From positions 1 to 55,134 of the forward strand of contig CAZYCE010000003.1 of the NCBI GenBank assembly GCA_964645605.1: a stretch of DNA of 55,134 bases, given 5' to 3'. A model generated the notes under the pieces. That model saw nothing but the letters and a program-made list of their open reading frames with translations, searched no databases and was not told the DNA's origin. Numbering within the stretch: the stretch's first letter is position 1; every line of letters begins with the position of its first letter. Source of the stretch: an uncultured Gammaproteobacteria bacterium. GTDB taxonomy: Bacteria; Patescibacteriota; Microgenomatia; UBA8517. Position numbers and translations under genes: made by a program. Below are positions 8,094 through 16,714 of this stretch, piece by piece.

Positions 8094-9374
8094 ATGTTTA
8101 AATCCGTCGGACAGTTTTTCGCAAAAGCCGTTAAAACTCGATCGATCAGAAAAAAAATACTGGTTACGGGACTGATACTTATCATCTATAGGCTTGCAGC
8201 TCACATTCCCGCTGCCGGAATCGACAGGACGACCCTTTCCGCACTTTTTGCAGGGAGCCCTCTTCTTTCACTTTTGGACGTCTTTTCGGGAGGAACTTTG
8301 GCTAACTTTTCTATTCTTGCCCTGGGACTAAATCCTTATATTAACGCATCGATCATTTTCCAACTTCTTGGCTATATAGTTCCATCCCTTGGCGAACTCC
8401 AAAAAGAGGGCGAATACGGCCAGGAAAAACTGAATCAATATACACGTCTTCTGACAGTTCCCTTAAGCGCACTTCAATCGTTCGGAATGTATGCGCTTCT
8501 TAAAGGGCAAAATGTTATTCCGAATTTGGATCCTACCGCACTTTTCTCGCTTGTCATTACGATGACAGCAGGTACTGTTTTTGCCGTATGGCTTGGGGAG
8601 CTTATTACCGAATACGGATTTAAAAACGGTGTTTCAATTCTTATCTTTGTCGGAATAGTAGCCAGGCTGCCGATTACGATCGGCCAATCCGCAAGTATTT
8701 TTCAGTCGCAGGATATTCTAAAGATAATTATCTTTTTTGCGGTTTTAATTCTGATAATAGGAGTTGTCGTTTTTGTCAGTGAGGCAACACGCAATGTCCC
8801 GATACACTATGCAAAAAGGAGGACGGAATCCGGCCTTGCCGCATCTTCCTATTTGCCAATAAGGTTGAACTCGGCGGGAGTCATTCCGATCATTTTTGCC
8901 GTGTCTTTGGTGCTCATTCCTTCCATGCTGGGACAATTTTTATCAAATGTTCCCAATGCGGGTATTGCCAATTTAGCCCGTTCGGTAAGCACCAATTTTA
9001 ATTCTCAGACGGTGCTTTATAACGTTGTCTATTTCTTTATGGTTTTCGGATTTACTTATTTTTATACCGGCGTCGTATTTAACACCGAAAAGATTTCTGA
9101 AGACCTGCAAAAGGGTGGGGGTTTTATTCCGGGTATCAGACCCGGCAAAGAAACGGAGAAATATTTGTCTCATGTTCTTTCCCGGATTACGGTAGTCGGC
9201 GGAGTATTTTTGGGATTAATTGCGGTTCTACCGTCACTTTTTCAAAATGCCATTGGGACTTCGAGCATGGCAATCGGAGGTACCAGTATTTTGATTGTTG
9301 TTTCGGTAATTTTGGAAATGGTTCGTGAAATTGAAGGCGAACTTGTGATGGAAAGGTATGAGGGATTTATTTAA
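8094..9374 (+). CDS. secY: Preprotein translocase subunit SecY
   Basis: FSILALGLNPYINASII and GGFIPGIRPG motifs; about 10 TM segments. Confidence 0.98.
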   Translation: MFKSVGQFFAKAVKTRSIRKKILVTGLILIIYRLAAHIPAAGIDRTTLSALFAGSPLLSLLDVFSGGTLANFSILALGLNPYINASIIFQLLGYIVPSLGELQKEGEYGQEKLNQYTRLLTVPLSALQSFGMYALLKGQNVIPNLDPTALFSLVITMTAGTVFAVWLGELITEYGFKNGVSILIFVGIVARLPITIGQSASIFQSQDILKIIIFFAVLILIIGVVVFVSEATRNVPIHYAKRRTESGLAASSYLPIRLNSAGVIPIIFAVSLVLIPSMLGQFLSNVPNAGIANLARSVSTNFNSQTVLYNVVYFFMVFGFTYFYTGVVFNTEKISEDLQKGGGFIPGIRPGKETEKYLSHVLSRITVVGGVFLGLIAVLPSLFQNAIGTSSMAIGGTSILIVVSVILEMVREIEGELVMERYEGFI

Positions 9375-9376
9375 AT

Positions 9377-10033
9377 ATGAACATTGTGCTTCTGGGATCT
9401 CCGGCATCGGGAAAGGGAACACAGTCTGAGATTTTATGCCGAAAATTTGAGCTTTTTCATCTCTCTACGGGGGACGTGGCCAGAAAACTTGCGGAAACCG
9501 ACCCGAGAATTAAAGAGATAATAAATTCCGGAAAACTAATACCTGCTGAAGAAATGACGATGCATGTTATCAATTTTTTGAGCAAAGAAAAAATTGAACC
9601 AAAAGGTATCCTTTTTGAGGGATTCCCCCGGTTTATTTCTCAGTATGAAGCATTGGATAATTTTTTGAAAAGCAAAGGCGATGATATAGATTTGGTGATT
9701 TCACTGGATGTACCGATGGACGTTGCAGTTAGGCGTATTTCGTCAAGATGGAATTGTCCGAAATGTGGAGAAATTTACAATACGGACTCAAAACCTCCCC
9801 AGAAGACGGGAATTTGCGATAAATGCGGCGGCACACTGGTCCAGCGGGAAGATGACAAACCCGAATCAGTCAAAACCAGATTTGAGTATTATCAGGAAAA
9901 TACAAAGGAACTTATTAATTATGTTGATAAATTGGGAAAACTGACAAGGGTAAACGGCGATAGGCCGATAGATGAAATTGCGGCGGATTTGGAACAAGTT
10001 GTTAGAAAGGCTGAGGAGAATGATCAGGATTAA
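9377..10033 (+). CDS. adk: Adenylate kinase with zinc LID
   Basis: GSPASGKGTQ P-loop, GFPR, CxxC...CxxC, QREDD. Confidence 0.96.
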   Translation: MNIVLLGSPASGKGTQSEILCRKFELFHLSTGDVARKLAETDPRIKEIINSGKLIPAEEMTMHVINFLSKEKIEPKGILFEGFPRFISQYEALDNFLKSKGDDIDLVISLDVPMDVAVRRISSRWNCPKCGEIYNTDSKPPQKTGICDKCGGTLVQREDDKPESVKTRFEYYQENTKELINYVDKLGKLTRVNGDRPIDEIAADLEQVVRKAEENDQD

Positions 10034-10769
10034 GACAAATGAGGAAATGGAAATTATGGCTGAGGGAGGAGCCAAACTCGGCAGAGTTAAAAATGCACTT
10101 GCTGCCGCCGTAAAAAAAGGCATAACAGCCTTAGACATTGAAAACCTTGCAATGAAACTTATTGAAAAGGAAGGTGCCGAGCCGTCTTTTAATAAAGTTC
10201 CCAATTATTACTGGGCTACATGCATAAATTTAAACGAAGGTATAGTGCACGGAATCCCGACAAAAGAGATGGTTTTCAAAGACGGAGATGTCGTTAAGAT
10301 TGATGTTGGAATTTACCTTAAAGGTTTCCACACAGACACGTCAATCAGTGTAGGTATAAATCCAAGCCCCGAAAACAAAAGGTTTTTATATACAGGGCAG
10401 AAGGCCTTGCAAAGAGCAATTAAAGCTGTGGCTGTCGGAAAACATATTTTTGATATTTCCAAAGCAATTGAGGACACCATTGAGGAAGCAGGCTACTCTA
10501 CAATTAAAGCTCTTGTTGGGCACGGAGTTGGACGTTCCCTTCACGAGGATCCTCAGATCCCCTGCTTTGTGCCTGGAGGTATAGAAGAAAGCCCGGAAAT
10601 AGAGGAGGGAATGACTCTGGCAATCGAGGTGATGTATGCAGCAGGTTCAGACAAAGTCGAAATATTAGAAGATGGGTGGACAATCGCGATGCGTGATGGT
10701 AAAATGTCAGGACTTTTTGAGGAGACTGTCGCGGTTACCTCCAAAGGGGTTAAAGTTTTGACCAGATGA
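10020..10769 (+). CDS. map: Methionine aminopeptidase type I
   Basis: VHGIP, IDVG, HTDT, GHGVG...HEDP, AIE; start set to ATG 10020 after GAGGAG. Confidence 0.96.
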   Translation: MIRIKTNEEMEIMAEGGAKLGRVKNALAAAVKKGITALDIENLAMKLIEKEGAEPSFNKVPNYYWATCINLNEGIVHGIPTKEMVFKDGDVVKIDVGIYLKGFHTDTSISVGINPSPENKRFLYTGQKALQRAIKAVAVGKHIFDISKAIEDTIEEAGYSTIKALVGHGVGRSLHEDPQIPCFVPGGIEESPEIEEGMTLAIEVMYAAGSDKVEILEDGWTIAMRDGKMSGLFEETVAVTSKGVKVLTR

Positions 10770-10981
10770 AAACCAAAGATGTAGTAGAAGTAAATGGGGT
10801 CATTGTTGCCGCACTTCCTAATACCATGTTCAAGGTTGAACTTGCGGATGGGAGGAGTATTTTGACAACCTTGACAGGTAAAATGCGTAGAAACTACGTT
10901 AGAGTTTTCCCGGGAGATAAAGTCAAGGTTGAAATGACGCCTTACGATGAAAATCGAGGCAGGATTATATATAAGTATTGA
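10766..10981 (+). CDS. infA: Translation initiation factor IF-1
   Basis: LPNTMFKVEL...GKMR...GDKVKVEMTPYD..RGRI. Confidence 0.97.
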   Translation: MKTKDVVEVNGVIVAALPNTMFKVELADGRSILTTLTGKMRRNYVRVFPGDKVKVEMTPYDENRGRIIYKY

Positions 10982-11075
10982 GGGTTGCTATATCAAATTC
11001 TATCAATAGAAAAACGTGAACGAGTTCGTAAGGAGATGAATTCGATATAGTCAAGTAAGGAAGGAAAATTTTGCT

Positions 11076-11189
11076 ATGAAAGTTTTAAGTTCAATAAAGG
11101 CCAGATGCAAAGATTGCAAGATTGTTAAGCGCCGTGGGGTGCTTTATGTTATTTGCAAAAATCCTAGACACAAACAACGCCAGGGATAA
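11076..11189 (+). CDS. rpmJ: 50S ribosomal protein L36 (absent from ORF track)
   Basis: Manual translation [37 protein letters not shown]. Confidence 0.97.
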   Translation: MKVLSSIKARCKDCKIVKRRGVLYVICKNPRHKQRQG

Positions 11190-11296
11190 AAAATAAACAC
11201 TAATGAACACCAATAACCCAATAAATACAAATGCCCAATTGATTGAAAATTTGGAATTGGTACTTATTGGTATTATTTGTAATTTGTAATTATTAA
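11190..11296. repeat. Imperfect ~7-bp-periodic repeat, A-rich left arm and T-rich right arm
   Basis: CCAATAACCCAATAAATACAAAT ... ATTGGTACTTATTGGTATTATTTGTAATTTGTAATT. Confidence 0.6.
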
Positions 11297-11298
11297 AC

Positions 11299-11709
11299 AT
11301 GACACGTATTGCAGGTATAGATTTACAAGAAAATTGGAAGATAGGTTATGCTCTGACTAAAATCAGAGGTTTGGGCTGGACATTATCCGATAAAGTATTA
11401 AAAGATGCCGGGATCGATGCAAAAAAGAGAGTTTCCGAGCTTGCTTCCGATGAAGTTTCGAAGATAACTGCGGAGCTTGAGAAATATCAGATTGAAGGAG
11501 ACCTTTTAAGGTCAGTTAGAGAGAATATTCAAAGATTGCAAATAATTGGTTCCTATAGGGGCTTAAGGCACACAAGAGGTCTTCCGGTAAGAGGTCAAAG
11601 GACAAGAACAAACGCTCGCACAAAGCGTGGCAAAAGAAAGACTGTTGGAGCCTTTAAGAAAGAGATTTTATCAAAGATGACAACCGCATCGAACGAGAAA
11701 GCTAAATAA
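11299..11709 (+). CDS. rpsM: 30S ribosomal protein S13
   Basis: GSYRGLRH.RGLPVRGQRTRTNART. Confidence 0.97.
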   Translation: MTRIAGIDLQENWKIGYALTKIRGLGWTLSDKVLKDAGIDAKKRVSELASDEVSKITAELEKYQIEGDLLRSVRENIQRLQIIGSYRGLRHTRGLPVRGQRTRTNARTKRGKRKTVGAFKKEILSKMTTASNEKAK

Positions 11710-11711
11710 AT

Positions 11712-12092
11712 ATGGCAACAAAGACAAAAAAAGTAAACAATCAAGTTAAACTCGCTAGAGTTTATATTTCTGCTTCTTTCAATAATACCCTTGTAACCGT
11801 AACCAATACCCAGGGAGAAACTTTGGCCTGGGGATCATCGGGTGCCTCTGGCTTTAAAGGTACCAGGCGTGCAACCCCTTTTGCAGCCACAACCGCAGTT
11901 GAAAAAGTTATTAGTAGAGTCAAAGATGAATTTGGGGTTGATGAAGTTGAGATTTACGTTAAAGGTCCCGGAGCGGGACGTGACGCCGCTCTTCGTGCAG
12001 TTAAAGCAACTGGTGTTAAAATTTCTCTTATAGCAGATATAACGCCTATCCCGCATAATGGGCCAAGGCCTAAGAAAAAGAGGAGAGTATAA
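11712..12092 (+). CDS. rpsK: 30S ribosomal protein S11
   Basis: ASFNNTLVTVT, TPFAA, DITPIPHNG. Confidence 0.97.
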   Translation: MATKTKKVNNQVKLARVYISASFNNTLVTVTNTQGETLAWGSSGASGFKGTRRATPFAATTAVEKVISRVKDEFGVDEVEIYVKGPGAGRDAALRAVKATGVKISLIADITPIPHNGPRPKKKRRV

Positions 12093-12095
12093 AAA

Positions 12096-12695
12096 ATGGC
12101 AAAATACGTAGGACCAAAAGACAGATTGAGTAGACGCGAGGCATTTGATATTTTCAGTGCCGGAGCCAAGTTGACCAGACTCAACGTCCCACCAGGAGTT
12201 CATGGACCCAAAGGAGTCGGTAAAACCTCCCAGTACGGAAAACAGCTTCGCGAAAAACAAAAAGTCAGAAGAATCTACGGAGTTTTAGAAAAACAATTCA
12301 GAAGGTATGTTACCGAGGCCTTTAAAACTAAGGGTAACACGGGAGAAGCACTTCTTGTTAGTCTTGAAAGGCGCCTGGATAACGTCATTTACAGACTGAA
12401 CTTTGCTCCTTCAAGACCATCGGCCAGGCAAATTGTTTCGCACGGGCATGTTTTGGTAAACGGCAAAAAAGTTAATATCCCCTCATTCAGTCTAAAAGTC
12501 GGAGACACTGTTGCTCTTGATTCCAAAGCAGCGGCTATTCCTGAAATTAAAAAAGCTTTAGAGCTAAAGGATATGAAAATTCCTTCTTGGTTGGAAAGAA
12601 AAGCGCTTGTAGGCAAAGTTTCAGCTCTCCCTAAACGTGAAGATATAACAGAGCCTCTCAGTGAGCAGGATATAGTTGAGTTCTACTCAAGGTAA
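12096..12695 (+). CDS. rpsD: 30S ribosomal protein S4
   Basis: YGKQLREKQK, LERRLDNVIYR, ARQIVSHGH. Confidence 0.97.
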   Translation: MAKYVGPKDRLSRREAFDIFSAGAKLTRLNVPPGVHGPKGVGKTSQYGKQLREKQKVRRIYGVLEKQFRRYVTEAFKTKGNTGEALLVSLERRLDNVIYRLNFAPSRPSARQIVSHGHVLVNGKKVNIPSFSLKVGDTVALDSKAAAIPEIKKALELKDMKIPSWLERKALVGKVSALPKREDITEPLSEQDIVEFYSR

Positions 12696-12805
12696 TCCGA
12701 GAGATGAATTTGACGAAAACAGCCGTTGAATGGCCGGGAGCGCGACTAGTGCAAAATTCACACTTTGTGAGACAACACTGCAGAATTGGTGTTGTGAAGT
12801 ACTTG

Positions 12806-12834
12806 TTGAATAGTGCCGAATGTTGGGATATAAT
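12806..12834 (+). promoter_or_regulatory. Predicted sigma70 promoter for rpoA
   Basis: TTGAAT-N17-TATAAT. Confidence 0.6.
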
Positions 12835-12854
12835 ACCTATCTAGCTTAAAAAAA

Positions 12855-13772
12855 ATGAACGAACCCATGTTTGAAATCAAAGAGGAAAAGAAAGAGACCA
12901 ATTATGGGAGATTTATCATCTCTCCGCTTGAGCAAGGATACGGTCTTACTATTGGTAATGCTTTAAGAAGAGTTCTTTTGACTTCTCTTCCGGGGGTAGC
13001 TATCACCTCAGTCAAAATTGCAGGAGTTAATCATCAATTTTCTACTCTTTCCGGCATGAAGGAAGACACAGTTGAGTTCATTTTAAACCTCAAAAAAGTT
13101 AGATTTACCGGAACTTCGGAAAAACCTGTCAAGGCCACGCTTAATGTTGATAAGGCTGGAGAATTTACCGCAAAAGACATTAAGATTGGCGGCGGCATTG
13201 AAGTCGCCAACCCTGAACTTGTTTTGGGAACAATTAACAAAGGTTCTAAGCTTTCGGCAGAAATGACAGTTGAGGCAGGACTTGGTTTTTCACCCGCTGA
13301 GGATAGGCCTTCCGACACAATCGGACTCATTCCGGTTGACGCAAGTTTTTCCCCTATTAAAAGAGTAAGTTACAGGATTGAAGAAACCCGTGTAGGTAGG
13401 GTCACAAATTATGACAAACTTGTCTTGGAAGTATGGACTGACGGAACAATTGAAACCGATGCTGCAATAAAAGAAGCAGCTAAAATTTTGATGGCTTATT
13501 TTGCTCAAATTGTTAGCCCTAAAATCGTTGAGAAGAAAGAGGAAACTCCTAAAGATGAACTTGGTTTGACTGGTAAGCTTTCGGTTGAGGAAATCGGACT
13601 TCCGACCAGAGTTGCTAATGCCCTCATTAAGGCAGGTTTTGAAACCGTTGAACAACTTGCCTATGCCAAGAAAGAGGATTTGGTAAAAGTTAGAAACCTT
13701 GGTGAAAAATCCCTCAAAATTGTAGCTGCTGCACTCGGAACAAAAGGAGTTGAGTTCCCCGCCATAAAGTAA
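12855..13772 (+). CDS. rpoA: RNA polymerase subunit alpha
   Basis: PLEQGYGLTIGNALRRVLL, PVDASFSPI, NLGEKS. Confidence 0.98.
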   Translation: MNEPMFEIKEEKKETNYGRFIISPLEQGYGLTIGNALRRVLLTSLPGVAITSVKIAGVNHQFSTLSGMKEDTVEFILNLKKVRFTGTSEKPVKATLNVDKAGEFTAKDIKIGGGIEVANPELVLGTINKGSKLSAEMTVEAGLGFSPAEDRPSDTIGLIPVDASFSPIKRVSYRIEETRVGRVTNYDKLVLEVWTDGTIETDAAIKEAAKILMAYFAQIVSPKIVEKKEETPKDELGLTGKLSVEEIGLPTRVANALIKAGFETVEQLAYAKKEDLVKVRNLGEKSLKIVAAALGTKGVEFPAIK

Positions 13773-13776
13773 AAAT

Positions 13777-14250
13777 ATGAACAAGAAAGTGTTCGGAAGA
13801 AAACTTTCCCGTAGTAGACCAGCTAGGGAAGCCCTTTTTGCCTCTTTAGCGCAAGCTTTGATTAAGAATGGGAAAATAGAAACCACCCGCGCAAAGGCAA
13901 AGGCGGTTGTCCCCAATGTGGAAAAAATGGTTACTCTAGCAAAAAAAGCAAGCATTTCGTCCAGAAGAAAGGCTTTGTCAATGCTCGATAATTCAAGAGA
14001 AGCGGTAGAACTTTTGTTTTCGGTTGTAGTGAAAGCTTTTTCGGACAAAAGCTCCGGCTTTACAAGAACAATTTCTCTTCCAAGAAGATCCGGAGATAAT
14101 GCCCAGATGGTAAGATTGGAATGGACAGAGAAAGTTGAATACAAAAAGGCTGAAAAACAGGAAAAACCCGCCAAAAAAGACGTAAAAGTTGAATCAAAGA
14201 AAATTGAGAAAAAAACCGTGAAAAAAAACGGTAAAAAAACAGTTAAATGA
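13777..14250 (+). CDS. rplQ: 50S ribosomal protein L17 with Lys-rich tail
   Basis: IETTRAKAK and RRSGDNAQM motifs. Confidence 0.95.
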   Translation: MNKKVFGRKLSRSRPAREALFASLAQALIKNGKIETTRAKAKAVVPNVEKMVTLAKKASISSRRKALSMLDNSREAVELLFSVVVKAFSDKSSGFTRTISLPRRSGDNAQMVRLEWTEKVEYKKAEKQEKPAKKDVKVESKKIEKKTVKKNGKKTVK

Positions 14251-14663
14251 AAACATATCAACCCAAGGAAAACGAAATAAAAAGAAATTGGCACCTTATT
14301 AATGCCAATGATGAGATTTTGGGACGCCTGGCAACAAAGATAGCAATTCTTTTGACGGGCAAGGATAAGTCGGTTTTTAGCCGCCATATGGATGTTGGAG
14401 ATTATGTAGTTGTTATAAATGCAGAGAAAGTTGCCGTCACAGGCAGAAAAGCTTCACAAAAAATGTATAGAACCCATTCGGGATATCCATCCGGATTTAA
14501 GCAAAAAACGTACGATATGGTAATGGATACTCACCCCGAAAGAATTATCGAACATGCAGTCTCAGGAATGATTCCGGACAACAGATTGAAAAAAGAGAGA
14601 ATGTCAAGATTAAAAGTGGTAGTTGGAGACGTAAATCCATTCGAGAAAGAATTTAAGAAATAA
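14247..14663 (+). CDS. rplM: 50S ribosomal protein L13
   Basis: LGRLATKIA, DVGDYVVVINA, YRTHSGYPSG. Confidence 0.97.
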   Translation: MKTYQPKENEIKRNWHLINANDEILGRLATKIAILLTGKDKSVFSRHMDVGDYVVVINAEKVAVTGRKASQKMYRTHSGYPSGFKQKTYDMVMDTHPERIIEHAVSGMIPDNRLKKERMSRLKVVVGDVNPFEKEFKK

Positions 14664-14664
14664 T

Positions 14665-15075
14665 ATGGCAAAAGTTAAAAAGATCGATTACATATTTGCA
14701 GTAGGCAGGAGAAAGTCAAGTACGGCCCGCGTGAGACTTTATCGTGGTAAAGCTGAAAACACCGTCAACGGAATGGTTACCGGTAGATATTTTCCTGGTG
14801 AAACTGCTTCCCGGGCAATTGCCAAGCCTTTTGGTGCGACAGAAACCTCCGATAAATATTATTTTTCTGCGAAAGTTGCGGGAGGGGGAAAAGAAGGACA
14901 GCTGAAAGCGCTTGTCTTAGGTCTTTCCAGAACTTTGGTCAAAGTTTCCCCCGAGAAAAATAAGCTTGTTTTGAAAAAATTAAATCTTCTGACCCGTGAC
15001 TCCAGAATCAGACAAAGAAGAATGGTTGGAAAAGGCGGAAAGGCGAGGCGAGCCAAGCAATCTCCAAAGCGTTAA
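14665..15075 (+). CDS. rpsI: 30S ribosomal protein S9
   Basis: GRRKSSTARV, GGGKEGQ, QSPKR C-terminus. Confidence 0.96.
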   Translation: MAKVKKIDYIFAVGRRKSSTARVRLYRGKAENTVNGMVTGRYFPGETASRAIAKPFGATETSDKYYFSAKVAGGGKEGQLKALVLGLSRTLVKVSPEKNKLVLKKLNLLTRDSRIRQRRMVGKGGKARRAKQSPKR

Positions 15076-15077
15076 AA

Positions 15078-15995
15078 TTACTGTTTAATCCATTCCGGTT
15101 GGGCAAAACTTTTCATATAGATGGGCATCTCCTCAATATCTATAAGTTTATCTTTTTGATAAGTTAAACAAACGGCTATTCCGGTTTTGGTTTCCTCACT
15201 CCACGCTTGATCAAAAATAAAATTTCCAAGCGAGTAAAAAATTGGCTTCCCATCTACGATGTCATAACCTTGTACCCAATGGGGATGATTTCCAACAATT
15301 ACGTCTGCCCCGGCCTTGATCAAAGTGTCAGCAATTTCTTTTTGTTGACTGGTTGGATCCGACATGTATTCTTTTCCCCAATGAACCATGACTACTAAAA
15401 CATCAAGTTTTGCTTTGGCGTCTTTTATTAGTTGTACGTCTAAATCTTTTGGAAAGGTGTCTACAAAATTGAAACCCAAAAATCCGAATTTTGTTCCATG
15501 GACATCTCTAATTATTAAGTTTCCATCACCTACATAATCCAAACCTTCATTTGAAAGGAAATTTTTTGTTTGGATAAAACCCAGATCACCATAGTTTTTA
15601 GTATGATTATTGGCAAGGCTGACTATATCTACCCCTGCGTATTTAAGTCCGAAAAGCATTTCCGGACTCGTGCAAAATATCATTCCGGAGACGGTTCTTG
15701 GACAATTTTTTATAATGGGGGTTTCCAAATTTCCGAAAACCAGATCCGCACTTTTCAAAACTTCGGCAACCCTTAAGAAGGGGTAGCTTGGGTCGTCTTT
15801 GGATAGACTTGTCTCCATGACACTTCTACCAAGCATAATATCTCCGGTGAGAATAATTGTTGTTTCCAGATTATCTATTTTTGTTTTGTTTTCGAAAGAA
15901 GGAAGGACAATCTCACTAATTTTATTTGGAAAGACGAAAATAATGCCTAAAGTAAAGACACAGAGCATGAGTGCAAACGAGACTCTCTTAGGCAT
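15078..15995 (-). CDS. CapA-family (PGA synthesis-like) metallophosphoesterase, membrane-anchored
   Basis: GDIMLGR, GNLE, SLANNH, HWG, GNHPHW, YSLGNFIFDQ. Confidence 0.9.
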   Translation of the reverse strand: MPKRVSFALMLCVFTLGIIFVFPNKISEIVLPSFENKTKIDNLETTIILTGDIMLGRSVMETSLSKDDPSYPFLRVAEVLKSADLVFGNLETPIIKNCPRTVSGMIFCTSPEMLFGLKYAGVDIVSLANNHTKNYGDLGFIQTKNFLSNEGLDYVGDGNLIIRDVHGTKFGFLGFNFVDTFPKDLDVQLIKDAKAKLDVLVVMVHWGKEYMSDPTSQQKEIADTLIKAGADVIVGNHPHWVQGYDIVDGKPIFYSLGNFIFDQAWSEETKTGIAVCLTYQKDKLIDIEEMPIYMKSFAQPEWIKQ

Positions 15996-16063
15996 GTTTT
16001 CCTTATTCTACAATATGTATGTTAAAATAGGCTCAGGTCGGGAAAATAAACAGGGTATAATCT

Positions 16064-16137
16064 CGGGGTGTAGTTCACCGGTAGAATAGGCGCATGGGGT
16101 GCGTCTGAACTGAGTTCAATTCTCAGCACCCCGACCA
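16064..16137 (+). tRNA. tRNA-Pro (GGG), CCA encoded
   Basis: CGGGGTG/CACCCCG acceptor stem, GGCGC-ATGGGGT-GCGTC anticodon arm, CTGAG-TTCAATT-CTCAG T arm. Confidence 0.93.
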
Positions 16138-16631
16138 GAATATAGCCGGTAAAAATCCTTAAAAGTATTCTTCATGTTTTTGAAGCCAATATTTTTTAAT
16201 TTTGGAATATCTTTTATATCTATCCATTTCAACTTTGCCACATCATCATTGGCTTTTGGAGAACCAGAGACTATTTTGACTATAAAGGTGATTCCCAGAG
16301 TGTATTTACCATTTTTTCCGTAGGTATCAGGATAACTTCCCAGGTATTTTTCGATCCTTACCTTTAATCCGGTTTCTTCGTACGTTTCTCTTATAGCCGC
16401 CTTTTCTGCACTTTCATTTCCCTTAATGAAACCACCTATTAAATCATAGGTACCTTTATAAGGTTCTACTGCCCTGACGGCTATCAATATTCGGCCGTTC
16501 TTTACGGGAATAGAAGAAGCACACGCGGCAACATCAAAATAATGCGTAAACCCGCATGAATTACAGTGAACTCTTTCAATATCTTTGGTTAATTTTGTCC
16601 TACAGTTTGGACAAAATCTAAAATTTTTCAT
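16116..16631 (-). CDS. NUDIX hydrolase with N-terminal zinc ribbon
   Basis: GGFIKGNESAEKAAIRETYEETG Nudix box; FCPNC...CNSC; start set to ATG 16631, 7 nt after TGcTAAAAT. Confidence 0.88.
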   Translation of the reverse strand: MKNFRFCPNCRTKLTKDIERVHCNSCGFTHYFDVAACASSIPVKNGRILIAVRAVEPYKGTYDLIGGFIKGNESAEKAAIRETYEETGLKVRIEKYLGSYPDTYGKNGKYTLGITFIVKIVSGSPKANDDVAKLKWIDIKDIPKLKNIGFKNMKNTFKDFYRLYSGRGAEN

Positions 16632-16714
16632 ACAGCCTATTTTAGCAGTAATAGTAAATATGTCACATTTTGTACCATTGATTTCGGGAAATGTATGTGG
16701 TACAAACTTATTCA

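Noticed and set aside
13290-14387. 365-aa minus-strand ORF
   Set aside because: Antisense shadow of rpoA/rplQ/rplM; F/S/L-rich composition mirrors their Lys/Glu codons; no motif
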